61,511 nucleotides of DNA, filler included, from Chiloscyllium plagiosum (GCF_004010195.1; 5 parts of one record of this genome joined end to end with filler, not necessarily neighbours in it), one strand, 5' to 3'; numbered from the whole stretch's first letter, positions 1-11,167 are shown. Program-made: numbers and translations. The notes: generated by a model from the sequence alone, not told the origin.

Positions 1-822
1 GGGTGGGTTTTATGGGGGGGGGGGGGGGTTGGTGAGGCTGAAAAGCAAAAACAAGAAGCAAAGTGGAATTATGGGAAAAGTCTGGCAGTCAACATGTCGG
101 GGTATCCGAAGGTCATCTATCGGCATATAAATAATTAAAGGGTGGTGAAAGGACTAGGGCTGATTAGGGGACAAATGGGAATGTATAGATGGAGTCAGGG
201 GATATGGTTGAGGTGTTAAATGAATACTTTGCAATCTGTCTTTACCAAAGAGGGAGATACAACCCAGACCATGGTGACAGAGGAGATCTGTCATGAGAAG
301 GGTTCGTAATTGAGAAAGAAGTATTGTTGGATAGATTATTGGCACTTGAAGTTAACAAGCATCCCAGGATGAGATGCATCCAAGGATTTTGAAAGAGGGA
401 GGAATGAAAATTCTCAGGGGACTGGCCATAATCTTTCAGGCTTCCCTGGACTCAGGGGGAGGCATCAGAAGACTGGAAAACTGTGAACGTTATGGTTTTG
501 TTAAAGAAACATTGTAAGAATAATCACAGCAATTGCAGACCAGTTAATTTAACTTAAGCAATTGAGAAGTTTCTGGAAACAATTATTCAGGATAGAATCA
601 ATAATCACATGGAAAAATGTGGGTTGATAAGGAAATGTTAACATGGATTTTTAAAATGGGAAAGCATGTTTAACTAACTTTGTTGGAGTTTTTGAAGAAG
701 TGACAGAAAGGGTTGATGATGCTAACACTAATGATTTGGTGCAAATGGAATTCCAGAAGATGTTTGATTAAGTGCCACAGAGCAGACTTGTGAGGATTGT
801 TATAGGTTATGGAATAAAAGAG

Positions 823-968
823 GAGAAGGTGAGGACTGCAGATGCTGGAGATCAGAGCTGGACACACTTTCCTCATTACTGAAGAAGGGCTTATGCCCGA
901 AACGTCGATTCTCCTGTTCCTTGGATGCTGCCTGACCTGCTGCGCTTTTCCAGCAACACATTTTCAGC
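823..968. mobile_element. Mini Penelope-like element (rearranged pseudo-LTR pieces) with 15-bp TSD
   Basis: Flanked by direct repeat TATGGAATAAAAGAG at 808-822 and 969-983. Sequence matches the termini of the larger PLEs at 36540-37415 and 38584-39118. Confidence 0.8.
879..906 (+). ncRNA. Minimal hammerhead ribozyme motif (PLE family A)
   Basis: CTGAAGA-A-GGGC-TTAT-GCCC-GAAACGTC: CUGANGA core, 4-bp stem II, GAAA and GUC cleavage triplet. Confidence 0.7.
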
Positions 969-1267
969 TATGGAATAAAAGAGTCATTAGCAATGTGAAT
1001 ACCACATTGTCTGAATGATAGGAAACGTAATGCTCAATGGGATCTTTTCTGGTCGGAGGAAGGCTTGTGATGAAATTCTCCAGGGATCGGTATTGGGAGC
1101 TCTTCCATTTTCTGAAATGTATTAATGATCTAGATCTTGGAATGCGGGGTGTATTTCAAACTTTGTAGGTTACATAACACTAGAAGAATTGTAAACTGCA
1201 AGGAGAGTAGTCTCCATAAGAACATTGACAAGTTGGTCGAGTAAAAAAGTGTGGCACTGGAAAATCA

Positions 1268-1462
1268 CAATTTAGCATGGCCAATTAATCTGACCTGCAC
1301 ATCTTTGGACTGTGGGAGGAAACCGGAGCACCCGGAGGAAACCCACGCAGACACGGGGAGAATGTACAAACTCCACACAGACAGTTGCCAGAGGCTGGAA
1401 TCAAACCCAGGTCCCTGGTGCTGTGAAGCAGCAGTGCTAACCACTGAGCCACTGTGCCACCC
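1268..1462 (-). mobile_element. HE1-type V-SINE (tRNA-derived), 3'-truncated
   Basis: Reverse complement begins GGGTGGCACAGTGGCTCAGTGGTTAGCACTGCTG (A box), has a B-box-like GGTTTGATTCC and the V-domain GTGTCTGCGTGGGTTTCCTCCGGGTGCTCCGG. Confidence 0.9.
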
Positions 1463-1609
1463 TGAGTGTCCTGTTCACCTTTTGTTCAATCTTTATAATG
1501 CTCGATCTAGATCTAATTACTGTATCTTGTCCCCTGTTCCCTTCAATTGACTTCACCAATCCTTTGAAAAGTGATCCAAGCCTTAATTAAGTATCCCAGC
1601 TTAAATAAT

Positions 1610-1832
1610 TCCACAAAGGCCAGTATCTCGTCACCAAGTCACCCTTCAGTTGGACGTGCCTTAGTTATGACACTGACCCAGCAAGCTGAGAGCAGGCTCC
1701 CTGAGTGAACAGAGCCTCTGACACTTCTGTCATTATCTGCCAGCCGGGGTCCCTGATTGCATCAGGTTAACAGCCCCAATCAGGGAACTCATTCTCTGAG
1801 ACCCACTTGGCTGTCCTCGCTCCAATCACTAC
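1610..1832. repeat. LTR-like dispersed repeat fragment
   Basis: Shares CACCAAGTCACCCTT and CCTGATTG segments with 13867-14075. Reads TGTAGT at one end on the minus strand. Confidence 0.45.
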
Positions 1833-2293
1833 ACCAGCTATCCTTTCATCTTCCATAAGATTTCCTTTTGTATTTCAACTTGGACCTCTGCTTTCTTTAA
1901 CTTGTCAGTGACATCTTTATAAAAGCCTTTACCGTTTATTTTTGTTCCCTGTTGGTCTTCCTTCCTAGCGTCATTTTAATTGCTCTTCTGATTTGAACTT
2001 CAGCTTTTGCCACACTCCTTACATCGTAGAAACATGTCTGAGCATTTCACTTGTGGCTTGTGCAGCCTCTTGCTTTCCATCTTTTCTATCAAATGCAGAA
2101 AATATGTTGTCAACAGTGCCTGTAGGACCCGGAGAATACTAGTTGATCAAATATTCCGGATAATTAAGAGTTTCACATAATCAATGTAAAAACACACACT
2201 AGGTAACAGAAACATAATGCAGCAGACATACACATCACTGCTACACTTTACTTACAGCATAAATCATTTAAAAAATAAAGCGACTATGCCTTA

Positions 2294-2622
2294 GGAGTGG
2301 CACTGTGGCTCAGTGGTTAGCACTGCAGCCTCACAGCGACAGGGACCCGCGTTCAATTCCAGCCTCAGGCGACTGTCTGTGTGGAGTTTGCACATTTTCC
2401 CTGTGTCTGCGTGGGTTTTCTCCGGGTGCTCCAGTTTCCTCCCACAGTCCAAAGATGTGCAGGTCAGGTGAATTGGCCGTGCTAAATTGCCTGCAGTGTT
2501 AGGTGCATTAGTCAGGGATAAATGTAGGGGAATGGGCCTAGGTGGGTTACTCTTCAGAGGGTCGGTGTGGACTTGTTGGGCCGAAGGGCCTATTCCAACA
2601 CTGTTCCCAATCTAATCTAATC
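2294..2622 (+). mobile_element. HE1-type V-SINE, full length
   Basis: tRNA-like head (TGGCTCAGTGG, GTTCAATTCC), V-domain, LINE-like 3' tail and (TCTAA)n end. Confidence 0.92.
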
Positions 2623-2806
2623 ATAAAACTTACTGGCAGACAGCCTTCTGACTTGCACCCTTACCTGGCTACTTGGGGAACACTGCAGATCATGGTATTT
2701 GAGGAGGAATTGAATCAACTGTTAATGTTCAAAGTTTGTGCGAAGATTTGTAGCTCGGGTGCTCGTTGCTATGGTTCTGTTCGCCAAGCTGGAAGTTTTT
2801 GTCGCA

Positions 2807-2840
2807 AACGTTTCGTCCCCTGGCTAGGCGACATCATCAG
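2807..2840 (-). ncRNA. Minimal hammerhead ribozyme motif (PLE family B)
   Basis: Minus strand reads GTA-CTGATGA-TGTCGCCTAGCCAGGGGAC-GAAACGTT-TGC. Confidence 0.7.
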
Positions 2841-3055
2841 TACTTGGGAGCCTCCTGCGAAGCGCTTCTTTGATGTTTCCTCCGGTGTTTATAGTGGTCT
2901 GTCCCTGCCGCTTCCGGTTGTCAGTTTCAGCTGTCCGCTGTAGTGGTTGGTATATTGGGTCCAGGTCGATGTGTTTGTTGATGGAGATTGTGGATGGCAC
3001 TCTATAAATGCCGGAGGAAACACCACAGAAGCGCATCACAGGAGGCTCCCAAGCA

Positions 3056-3089
3056 CTGAGAATGTCACCTAGACAAGGGACGAAACGTT
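3056..3089 (+). ncRNA. Hammerhead motif with mutated core (CTGAGAA), family B
   Basis: GCA-CTGAGAA-TGTCACCTAGACAAGGGAC-GAAACGTT-TGC. The conserved second G of CUGANGA is replaced by A. Confidence 0.55.
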
Positions 3090-3165
3090 TGCAACAAAAA
3101 CCTCCAGCTCGGCGAACAGACCGGAGGAAACATCAAAGAAGCGCTTCGCAGGAGGCTCCCAAGTA

Positions 3166-3199
3166 CTGATGATGTCGCCTAGCCAGGGGACGAAACGTT
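3166..3199 (+). ncRNA. Minimal hammerhead ribozyme motif (PLE family B)
   Basis: GTA-CTGATGA-TGTCGCCTAGCCAGGGGAC-GAAACGTT-TGC, 110 nt downstream of the previous copy. Confidence 0.7.
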
Positions 3200-3780
3200 T
3201 GCGACAAAAACTTCAAGCTCGGCGAACAGAACCACAGCAACTGTTAATGTGGCCATTTGATTAAAAAATAAGTATATTTACATTGAGATAAATAAATTAA
3301 ACTATAATAATTGAACTGTGTAATATTGGCTGTGTTGTAGCTATAGAGGGGTGTCGTTTGCATCGATCAGTGATGAGAATACAACTCAAAATAGACACAA
3401 TCCACAAACTTTACTGTGTTTGAGAAATATAATTTTTACCAATTTACTGAGAGTGCCGGTTCACAAGGTGGTGGTTAAAACATTTGCAGTTGATCCAAAT
3501 GTGTCAAACGTTGATACTTATCAACCCACACTCCTTCCTGCACATGAGGCAGACCATCCCAGGAGAAATCGGAGCTGGAGAAAGGAGTTTTTTCTGCTGT
3601 CACTTGGGAGTCAAAATGTGAAGCACTCCAAGGGGCAGGCAGTTCCCACTGTGAAGTGTCTCAGCAAGCTCCGCCCAGTTATTCAGTCAATACCACTGCA
3701 CTCCAAGGAGAGCTTTGCAGTGTCTTAAATCATCTTCCTTGTTCTCCCCCTAAAGTTTGTTCATCCATTTAGAGCAGGAA

Positions 3781-3987
3781 CTGGCACGGGAGGTGGGGGA
3801 AGGTATTCAGTCCCTCCCCCCCACACCCACACACATAAAATTCCCATCCTACAAAGTGCAGCTTGAGGCATGGCATTCATCCACAAACTCCATAAACAAA
3901 CACCTGGCAGGGGAGGTGGGGGAAGGTATTCAGTCCCTCCCCCCCACACCCACACACATAAAATTCCCATCCTACAAAGTGCAGCTT
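3781..3987 (+). repeat. 84-bp direct duplication (3781-3864, 3904-3987) around a 39-nt PLE-derived insert
   Basis: The two copies differ at one base. The spacer GAGGCATGGCATTCATCCACAAACTCCATAAACAAACAC matches the PLE sequence at ~44458-44496 (minus). Confidence 0.9.
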
Positions 3988-4137
3988 TTGCTTTTGGATC
4001 TGGCTTCCAGAATCCCAGTGTGTGTCAGTGATCCTCCCATTGCATCTGGAGGATGCGGTGGACACATTGCTAGTAGATTTTCTCCACCGTTGTTGTGTGT
4101 CACTGATGTACAGACCAGAACTGTACAGGCAGGTCCT

Positions 4138-4170
<33 letters not shown>
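4138..4170. repeat. (TGA)n microsatellite
   Basis: Direct observation; it explains the poly-D, poly-M and poly-S ORFs. Confidence 0.97.
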
Positions 4171-4366
4171 CGAGGGCTCTTTTGTTGCCAATTACTCTCT
4201 GCCCACTCTGTAGAAGCCTGACGGGCACAACTGATTCAGTTTGGGATCTCATAGGCAATGCTGGCCTTTCGAGAATCTGCTTCAGTAAAGTACATTTTTC
4301 ATTACCTGTTCTCTCTTCTTATCAGTCTATATGTTAATAGGTTCTGGTCACTGTGTCTCAGATGTA

Positions 4367-4878
4367 GGAGCACAGCAATTCAGGCAGCATCCGAGGACAG
4401 GCAAAATCGACGTTTCGGGCAAAAGCCCTTCATCAGGAATAAAGGCAGAGAGCCTGAAGCGTAGAGAGATAAGCTAGAGGAGGGTGGGGGTAGGGATAGA
4501 GTAGCATAGAGTACAATAGGTCAGTGGGGAAGGAGATGAAGGTGATAGGTCAGGGAGGAGAGGGTGGAGTGGATAGGTGGAAAAGGAGCTGGGCAGGTCG
4601 GACAAGTCCGGACAGGTCAGGGGATCGAGTTTCTGAAGGTTAGAAGCTAGGATGAGGTGGGGGAAGGGGAAATGAGGAAACTGTTAAAATCCACATTGAT
4701 GCCCTGGGGTTGAAGTGTTCCGAGGCGGAAGATGAGGCGTTCTTCCTCCAGGCATCTGGTGGTGATTGCCCGAAACGTCGATTTTGCCTGTCCTCGGATG
4801 CTGCCTGAATTGCTGTGCTCTTCCAGCACCACTGATCCAGAATCTGGTTTCTAGCATCTGCAGTCATTGTTTTTACCT
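4367..4878. mobile_element. Non-autonomous Penelope-like element (family A) with inverted termini and 15-bp TSD
   Basis: TSD TGTGTCTCAGATGTA at 4352-4366 and 4879-4893. 4367-4423 is inverted relative to 4767-4822. Minus strand encodes the PLE C-terminus RCLEEERLIFRLGTLQPQGINVDF. Confidence 0.88.
4409..4436 (-). ncRNA. Minimal hammerhead ribozyme motif (PLE family A)
   Basis: Minus strand reads ATTC-CTGATGA-A-GGGC-TTTT-GCCC-GAAACGTC-GATT. Confidence 0.75.
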
Positions 4879-5507
4879 TGTGTCTCAGATGTACCCTAGC
4901 CTTCTCTAAAGAACCCACTTAGTTTCCTACCAACAGAACCAACATGTCCTCCTTCCTCAGTGGAATCATATGTTGTTCTAGAAGCAGTCCTGGCTCATCC
5001 CCTCTTTATTGCTGGTCTTACCTCTGCCCAGCTCTGTGCTTCGACAATCAGCAATGGGTAATAGGATAGAAATGTTGAGGTCCGTCAAGAGGGACATGCA
5101 CTAGATGGAGCAGCTGGGATGGATGAAGGAGTCTTCCCTGACTTTCAGTCACACTCCCAGCTCTGCTCTGTCTCTCAACGGCCATATTTGCCGCAGCTTT
5201 ACACTCACCAGTCTGTCCCCTGCTCTCTGTGGCTGAAGGGGAAAGTAGCCTTGTGGATGTTTGGTTCACCCAGGGGAGAGTAGGGATACAGCAGCCTACA
5301 AAAGACACAGTTTAGAAAGCTTGACGAATCTGGAGATTTCTGTTATGATTGTGGTTCAATAGAACCATAAGTAGAACACAAGGTAGACGGAGGGTAAACT
5401 CAAACAGGGAACAATTTATTGTGGGTCCTCTCAATTCCACAATCAGTCAGACCCCTCGAGCTGCAGCCTTCTTTTGCGTTTCCCTCTATTTCCATATCGC
5501 CCCTACC

Positions 5508-5528
5508 AATATATATATATATATATAT
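5508..5528. repeat. (AT)n microsatellite
   Basis: Direct observation. Confidence 0.9.
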
Positions 5529-5617
5529 GTGACAATTATAACTATTATACAGGCATTTTAGCTAACATATATACATCGTGGGGAATATTTCCAAAAAAAA
5601 TGGAAAAAGAAAAACAA

Positions 5618-6112
5618 CTCTTGAAAGGGTTCAGAAAAGATTTACAAGGATGTTGCCAGGGTTGGATGATCTGAGCTACAGGGAGAGGCTGAACAGGCTG
5701 GGGCCGTTTTCCCAGGAGTGTCGGAGGCTGAGGGGTGACCTTACAGAAGTTTATAAAATCATGAGGGGCATGGATAGGGTAAATAGACAAAGTATTTTCC
5801 CTCGGTTGGGGGAGTCTAGAAACAGAGGGCATAGGTTTAGGCTGCGAGGGGACAGATATAAAAGGGACCTATGGGGTAACATTTTCACACAGAGGGTGGT
5901 ACGTGTATGGAATGAGCTGCCAGAGGAAGTGGTGGAGGCTGGTACAATTGCAACATTTAAGAGGGATTTGGATGGGTATATGAATAGGAAGGGTTTGGAG
6001 GGATATGGGCCGGGTGCTGGCAGGTGGGACCAGATTGGGTTGGGATATCTGGTCAGCATGGACGGGTTGGACCAAAGGGTCTGTTTCTGTGCTGTACATC
6101 TCTATGACTCTG
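5618..6112 (+). mobile_element. CR1/HER1-type LINE 3' fragment (5'-truncated)
   Basis: ORF 5578-6171 contains LERVQKRFTRMLPGL..LSYRERLNRLG..RRLRGDLTEVYKIM..FTQRVVRVWNELP. 3' UTR ends CTATGACTCT. Confidence 0.93.
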
Positions 6113-6674
6113 AGAGTTTTCCACAGTCTACATTGGCACACTCAGTCCCACAGGGGGGTGGCAGTTCCTAGAAGACCACTTTTGTCTCAGGAACCTTTTC
6201 TAGTGTAGTATCCATGGTTGTTGGAGGTCAGCCATCTCAGCTCCTGGACATCTCTGCAGGAGTTCCTCAGGGTAGTGTCCTAAGCCCAAACATTGTCAGC
6301 TGCTTCATCATTGAAGTTCCCTCCATCATAAGGTCAGAAATTGGGGATGTTTGCCAATGATTGCACAACATTCAGCACCAGTCATGACTCCTCAAATACT
6401 GAAGCAGTCCATGTTCAAATGCAACAAGATCTGGACAATATCCAAGTGGCAAGTAACATTTGTGCTACAGAAATGCCAGGCTATGATGATCACCAATAAG
6501 CGACAATCTAACCACCACTCCTTGACATTCAATTGTGTTACCATCATTGAATTCCCCACTATCAACATCCTGGGGGTTATCATTCAACTGGGCTCACCCC
6601 TAAGTACAATGACTATAAGAGCAGATCAGAGGCTAGGAATGGCAGAACACTTAGGAACATTAACATACAGATAG

Positions 6675-7365
6675 ATCTGTGTGGGCAGGTCCACACTTGC
6701 TTAAATGTGGCAACGCAGGTGCCCAAGGTGATTGAGAAGGAATATGGCATGCGTGCCCTTATCAGCTGGGGCATGGGGTACAAAAGTTGGCAAACCATAT
6801 TGCAACTATATAAAACCCTTGCTAGGCCGCATTTGGAGCACTGTGTATGGTTTTGGTTGCCACATTACCAGAAGGACGTGGAAGCTTTGGAGAGAGTGCA
6901 GAGAAGCTTCATCAGGATGTTGCCCGGTCTCAAAGGCGTTGGCTACAAGGAAAGGTTAAAAAGACTAGGATTGTTTTCACTGGAAAGATGGCAGCTGAGA
7001 GGAGACCTGAGATGTCTACAAAATTATGAGAGGCATAGATAGGATAGATAGAGGCTTTTACCAAGGGTCGAAGTTTGAATTACAAGAGAGCGCAAGTTCA
7101 AGGTGAGGGGGGAAAGTTTAAGGGAGATGTGTGAGGGAGATGTTTTCACATAGAGAGTGGCAAGAGCCTGGAAAGCACTGCCAGAAAAGGTGGTGGAAGC
7201 AGGCACATTGGGGACATTTAAGAAGCATCTGGGTGGTTACAGGAATAGGGAGGGAATAGAGGGGTACAGATTGAATAAGGGCAGAAAGTTTGTTTTTTAG
7301 TTTAGTTAGGGCATGATGATTGGCCCGGGTTGAAGGTTCAAAGGGCCTTCTCTTTGTTCTTGTTC
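6675..7365 (+). mobile_element. CR1 LINE 3' fragment
   Basis: ORF 6707-7042 contains LQLYKTLARPHLEHCVWFWLPHYQKDVEALERVQRSFIRMLPG. Confidence 0.9.
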
Positions 7366-7394
7366 TAATACTAATACTGCAGCGAGTGACTCAC

Positions 7395-7475
7395 CTCCTG
7401 ACTTCCCCAGGCCTGACTCCTGACTCCCCCAGGCCTGACTCCTGACTCCCCCAGGCCCGACTCCTGACTCCCCCA
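7395..7475 (+). repeat. 22-bp tandem repeat, ~3.7 copies (CTCCTGACTCCCCCAGGCCTGA)
   Basis: Direct observation; local expansion within a LINE. Confidence 0.9.
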
Positions 7476-7516
7476 TCTACAAGTTACAAGTCAGGAGTGT
7501 GACAGAATACTCCTGC

Positions 7517-7828
7517 GGGCGGCACAGTGGTACAGTGGTTAGCACTGCTGCCTGACAGCGCCAGAGACCCAGGTTCAATTCCCGCCTCAGGCGACTGACT
7601 GTGTGGAGTTTGCACGTTCTCCCTGTGTCTGCATGGGTTTCCTCCGGGCGCCCCGGTTTCCTCCCACAGTCCAAAGATGTGCAGGTCAGGTGAATTGGCC
7701 ATGCTAAATTGCCCGTAGTGTTAGGTAAGGGATAAATGTAGGGGTATGGGTGGGTTGCGCTTCGACGGGGCGGTGTGGACTTGTTGGGCTGAAGGGCCTG
7801 TATCCACACTGTAAGTAATCTAATCTAA
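7517..7828 (+). mobile_element. HE1-type V-SINE, full length
   Basis: GGGCGGCACAGTGG head, V-domain and (TCTAA)n tail. Confidence 0.93.
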
Positions 7829-8309
7829 TAAACTCCTCACCTTCCTGGATGGAGCAGCTCCAAGAACACTCAAGAAGCTTGACACCTTCCAGGACAAAGC
7901 AGCCTAACTGATTGGCATGAGATCCACAAGCATCCACTCCCTCAGTGGTAGCAGTGTGTACTATTTACAAGATGCACTGTAGAAATTCACCAAAGGTCCT
8001 CAGATAGTACCTTCCACACCCAAGACCAATTCCATCTAGAAGGACAGAGGCAGCAGATGTATAGGAGCGCCATGATCTTCTAAGTTCCCCTCCAAGCCAG
8101 TCACCATCTTGACCTGGAAATATATCGTTGTTCCTTCACTGTCACTGGGTCAAATCCTGAAATTCCCTCCATAATGGCATTGTGGGTCAACCCACAGCCG
8201 GTGGACTGTAGTGGTTCAAGAAGGCAGCTCAACAAATCCTTCTCAAGGACAACTAGGGATGGGAAATAAATGCTGGCCAGCCAACGACACTCACATCCCA
8301 GAAATGTTT

Positions 8310-10785
8310 TCAAAAAGTCCAAGGCTTCTGGAAGCTCCTGTTGTTCCACAGATATGTCCCTCTCTGTTGTTGTCATGTGATGCTGCTGTTGTCTCCTCCT
8401 TGCGCATGGCCAACCCTATCTTGGAAACACATAACACCACTGGTCTCAGCTGGATGGGTGGCCATGGTATTCTGAGGGAGGTCCCCCTCTTGGTGAGGAG
8501 CAGTGTCTCCTCCAGACCAATTCATCCCTACTATACATCATATACGACAACAACCATTGTTGGGATCCATTTCTCCCCAGATGTATAATTCCAGCCAACA
8601 CTGTCGCTCCTCTATGGAAAACCCTTAACCATGTCGACCCCACCCTCCTGACCATCTGTTTTTCTTGATTTCACTCTACCATCTCTCTGGTCTCTTCCAG
8701 CGGCAGTACACCAAATGTGGTTCTCAGCTGGTGGTTGAACATTAAGTATGCCAGCGTACACTGGGTCCGCCTGTGTGGTATGTTCCTGGACGTGGTGAGG
8801 AACTTGTTCAGTCACCATCCTAGTGACCCCTGCCCTCGTGAGGCCTTTAAGGCCTACTTCAAGGTTTGTACAAATTTCTCCGCCTGGCTGTTTATCGCAG
8901 GGTGATATGGTGTCTGCATGATTTTCCAGGTACTCCTCAAGCTCTTCAGCCACAAAGTGTGGGCCATTGTCACTCACGACTTGTTCGGGGTTCCCAAATT
9001 TGGCAAATATGTCATCCAGTCGGTTTATCTTTGCTTCCATTAATACCGACTTCACGACTACCACCTTGGGCCACTTGGAGTGGGCATTGCATGACCACAT
9101 TTGTCCCTCGACTGGTCTCACCAAATCGACATGAATCCACTGCCATGGTGATTGAGGCCTTTCCCATGGGTGAAGGAGGGACAATGACGAAGCCAACCTT
9201 GCTAATGCGCAGGATTCACATGATCTTGCTTTCTCCCGAATCTGGGAATCTACATTCAGCCACCAAAAGTAGCTCCTGGCTATTTCTTTCATTGACACCA
9301 CACTGGGGGCGGCCATGGGTGTATGTGGTGCAGCACCTTTCCTCATGACAGTGGGGGAATCACAACTCTCATTCCCCACATTGAATACCCGTCTGATGCA
9401 GACAGCTCCCACCTCCTGGACAGGTAAGGGCATAACTCTGAGCAGTTTCTACGACAAGTCCCTTCTCTCATGTCCTTTCACGAGGCTGAAAACGGGGTTG
9501 TTTTGGGTAGCGTGCTGCAACCAACTTGCTGAAACTGGTATCTAATCTTTCTGGGAAAAGTACATAATCTTCAGGTTCCAAGTGTGAACATCCGAATTTC
9601 CTGGAAATGGTCACCTTGACAAAGCATCTGCATCGCTGTGCTACTCTGCTGGCCAATATTTGATCTCTTATGCGTAGGCTGACAGAGCCAGTGCCCATCT
9701 TTGCTGCCATTGACGATATTCCTGTATAGGGGCCAAAGATGGAGGTTAGTGGTCAGCAGCACAAAGTGCCTGCTGCGAAGGAAATGACTGAACTTCTTAA
9801 CCCCGGGAATGATGCTCAGTCCATCCTTTTCCACTTGGACATACTTCTCCTCCATCTTTGTTTGTGACGTTGAGGCGGGCCTTCCCTCTCTGCTCAGTAA
9901 GATGTGCGACAGTACGGCATTAATCCCATCAGGCAAGGCATCACATATTAACTGCAGTGACAACATCAGGTCAAAATGACTCAACACTTCCGAGCTTTTT
10001 AAGGTTTGATTCACTTCCCAGTGAAACTCCTCACGTTCCTGGATCCATTTCCATGGCCGGTCTTTTTCCAGCAACTGATACGGGATTTTAGCACAGTTGC
10101 TAAATCAGGCAGGGACCTGCCAGTGTAGTTTACAAGTCTCAAGAATTATCTCAGTTGAGCCACATTCTAGGGGCCTTCATAATAGCCTCCATCTTCCTCA
10201 GTGTCTTGTGTAGTCCCTTGCTTACGTAGCTCAGGTACTCTACGGAATCTTTAAAAAACTCGTATTTCTCTCTTTTTACTTTTTAAGGGGTTTATTCTAG
10301 ATTTTTCAAATGCTCCTCTTGGGAGGAACCAGTGACGAAAATATTATCCAGATAACACTGGACTTCTAGCAATTCACTTAACATTGGCTCTATGGAACAC
10401 AGCCTGCGCTGATGTGATGCCAAAAGGGAATTGTTTGTGATGGAACAGTCCACTGTCTGTCACTATCATCATCAGTGGCTGCAGCTAGGCCTGGGACACA
10501 TCCTTTTTTTTAGAATTTCTTTCCCCTTTCCAGATCACTGAATACGTCTTCTATGAGTGGAAGGGGGTATTGATCATAAGTCAGAGCTGGCTGGACTGTG
10601 AGCTTAAAGTCACCACGAAGGGAATGGCCCGTTCCCTGATGGTTCGGGTTCCGATGCTCCCAGATTCACCAGCTGTTCCAGTTCCGCCTCCACTTTAGGC
10701 TGGATGGTGTAGAGTCCTGGACAGATCTTCAGACTCCTCGAGCAAACCTCCCACTTCAACCGAAGTTTAACTCCAACAACTTCCA
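8310..10785 (-). mobile_element. Decayed Ty3/Gypsy pol (RT-RNase H-integrase)
   Basis: Minus-strand motifs in order: DQYPLPLIEDVF (~10545-10575), QCYLDNIFVTG (~10330-10360), LICDALPDGINAVLSH (RNase H), ARSYFWW..CESC, WIHVDLV and VSDNGPHF (integrase). Confidence 0.9.
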
Positions 10786-10787
10786 TT

Positions 10788-10957
10788 TAAGACCATAAGA
10801 CCATAAGACATAGGAGTGGAAGTAAGGCCATTCGGCCCATCGAGTCCACTCCGCCATTCAATCATGGCTGATGCGCATTTCAGCTCCACTTACCAGCGTT
10901 CTCCCCGTAGCCCTTAATTCCTCAGAGACAACAAGAATCTATCAATCTCGGCCTTCA
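10788..10957 (-). mobile_element. CR1 LINE 3' terminal fragment
   Basis: (CCATAAGA)n octamer tail followed by TAGGAGTGGAAGTAAGGCCATTCGGCCCATCGAG, typical of a CR1 3' UTR in reverse. Confidence 0.8.
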
Positions 10958-10959
10958 AC

Positions 10960-11167
10960 TGGACTTCATTGAGTTGTAGAAATGAGTTGAGTTGCTATAA
11001 ATGTGTTTTGCTTATTGCTGATGTCTTTTCGAAGTGGATTGAAGCCTACCCTCCTCCTAACGCTACTGCTGAGACTGTGGTGAAGATTTTGTTTAAGGAA
11101 ATAATTCCCTGCTTCAGTATACCTGCGTGCATTAACTCGGACAATGGACCACACTTTGTAGGTAATA
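10960..11167 (+). mobile_element. Retroviral (ERV class I-like) integrase core fragment, truncated by gap
   Basis: Open frame YKCVLLIADVFSKWIEAYP..ATAETVVKILFKEIIPCFSIPACINSDNGPHFVG containing the first two catalytic Asp residues. Confidence 0.75.

Larger units (their letters stand above)
40..1240 (+). mobile_element. Decayed CR1-clade LINE ORF2 (RT) fragment, interrupted by a small PLE insertion at 823-968
   Basis: Broken-frame translations resemble CR1 ORF2: VLNEYFA, LAIIFQASLDSG, EDWKTVNV, NCRPVNLT, KACLTN and QGSVLG. Many stops and frameshifts. Confidence 0.8.
2729..3237. mobile_element. Non-autonomous Penelope-like element (family B): inverted segment plus tandem pseudo-LTRs, 13-bp TSD
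   Basis: TSD CAACTGTTAATGT at 2716-2728 and 3238-3250. Minus part encodes SINKHIDLDPIYQPLQRTAETDNRKRQG, matching the C-terminus of the GIY-YIG PLE at 44254-45050. Plus part has two ~110-nt repeats. Confidence 0.88.
3480..5000 (-). mobile_element. Highly decayed RTE-clade LINE remnant (interrupted)
   Basis: Minus translation near 3600-3740 resembles the RTE ORF C-terminus (TAKLSLECSGID..NWAELA). Segments near 4200-4290 and 4900-4950 resemble the endonuclease N-terminus. Confidence 0.5.
6210..8305 (+). mobile_element. Second CR1/L2-group LINE family, 3' part; hosts a nested CR1 (6675-7365) and a SINE (7517-7828)
   Basis: [25 protein letters not shown](N)DC RT motif at ~6260-6365. The same family recurs at 23810, 26780, 39460, 52250 and 55350. 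Confidence 0.8.

Noticed and set aside
1251..1550. Recurrent ORFs containing LDCGRKPEHPEETHADTGR
   Set aside because: Antisense translations of the SINE, not a protein family.
2294..2360. tRNA-like A/B boxes as tRNA genes
   Set aside because: They are SINE heads, continuing into the V-domain and LINE-like tail in every copy.
3781..3987. Repeat-spacer-repeat pattern as a CRISPR-like array
   Set aside because: Only two 84-bp repeats, in a eukaryotic context with no cas genes; better explained as a duplication around an insertion.
3877..4337. Poly-S, poly-D and poly-M ORFs
   Set aside because: Produced by the (TGA)n microsatellite.
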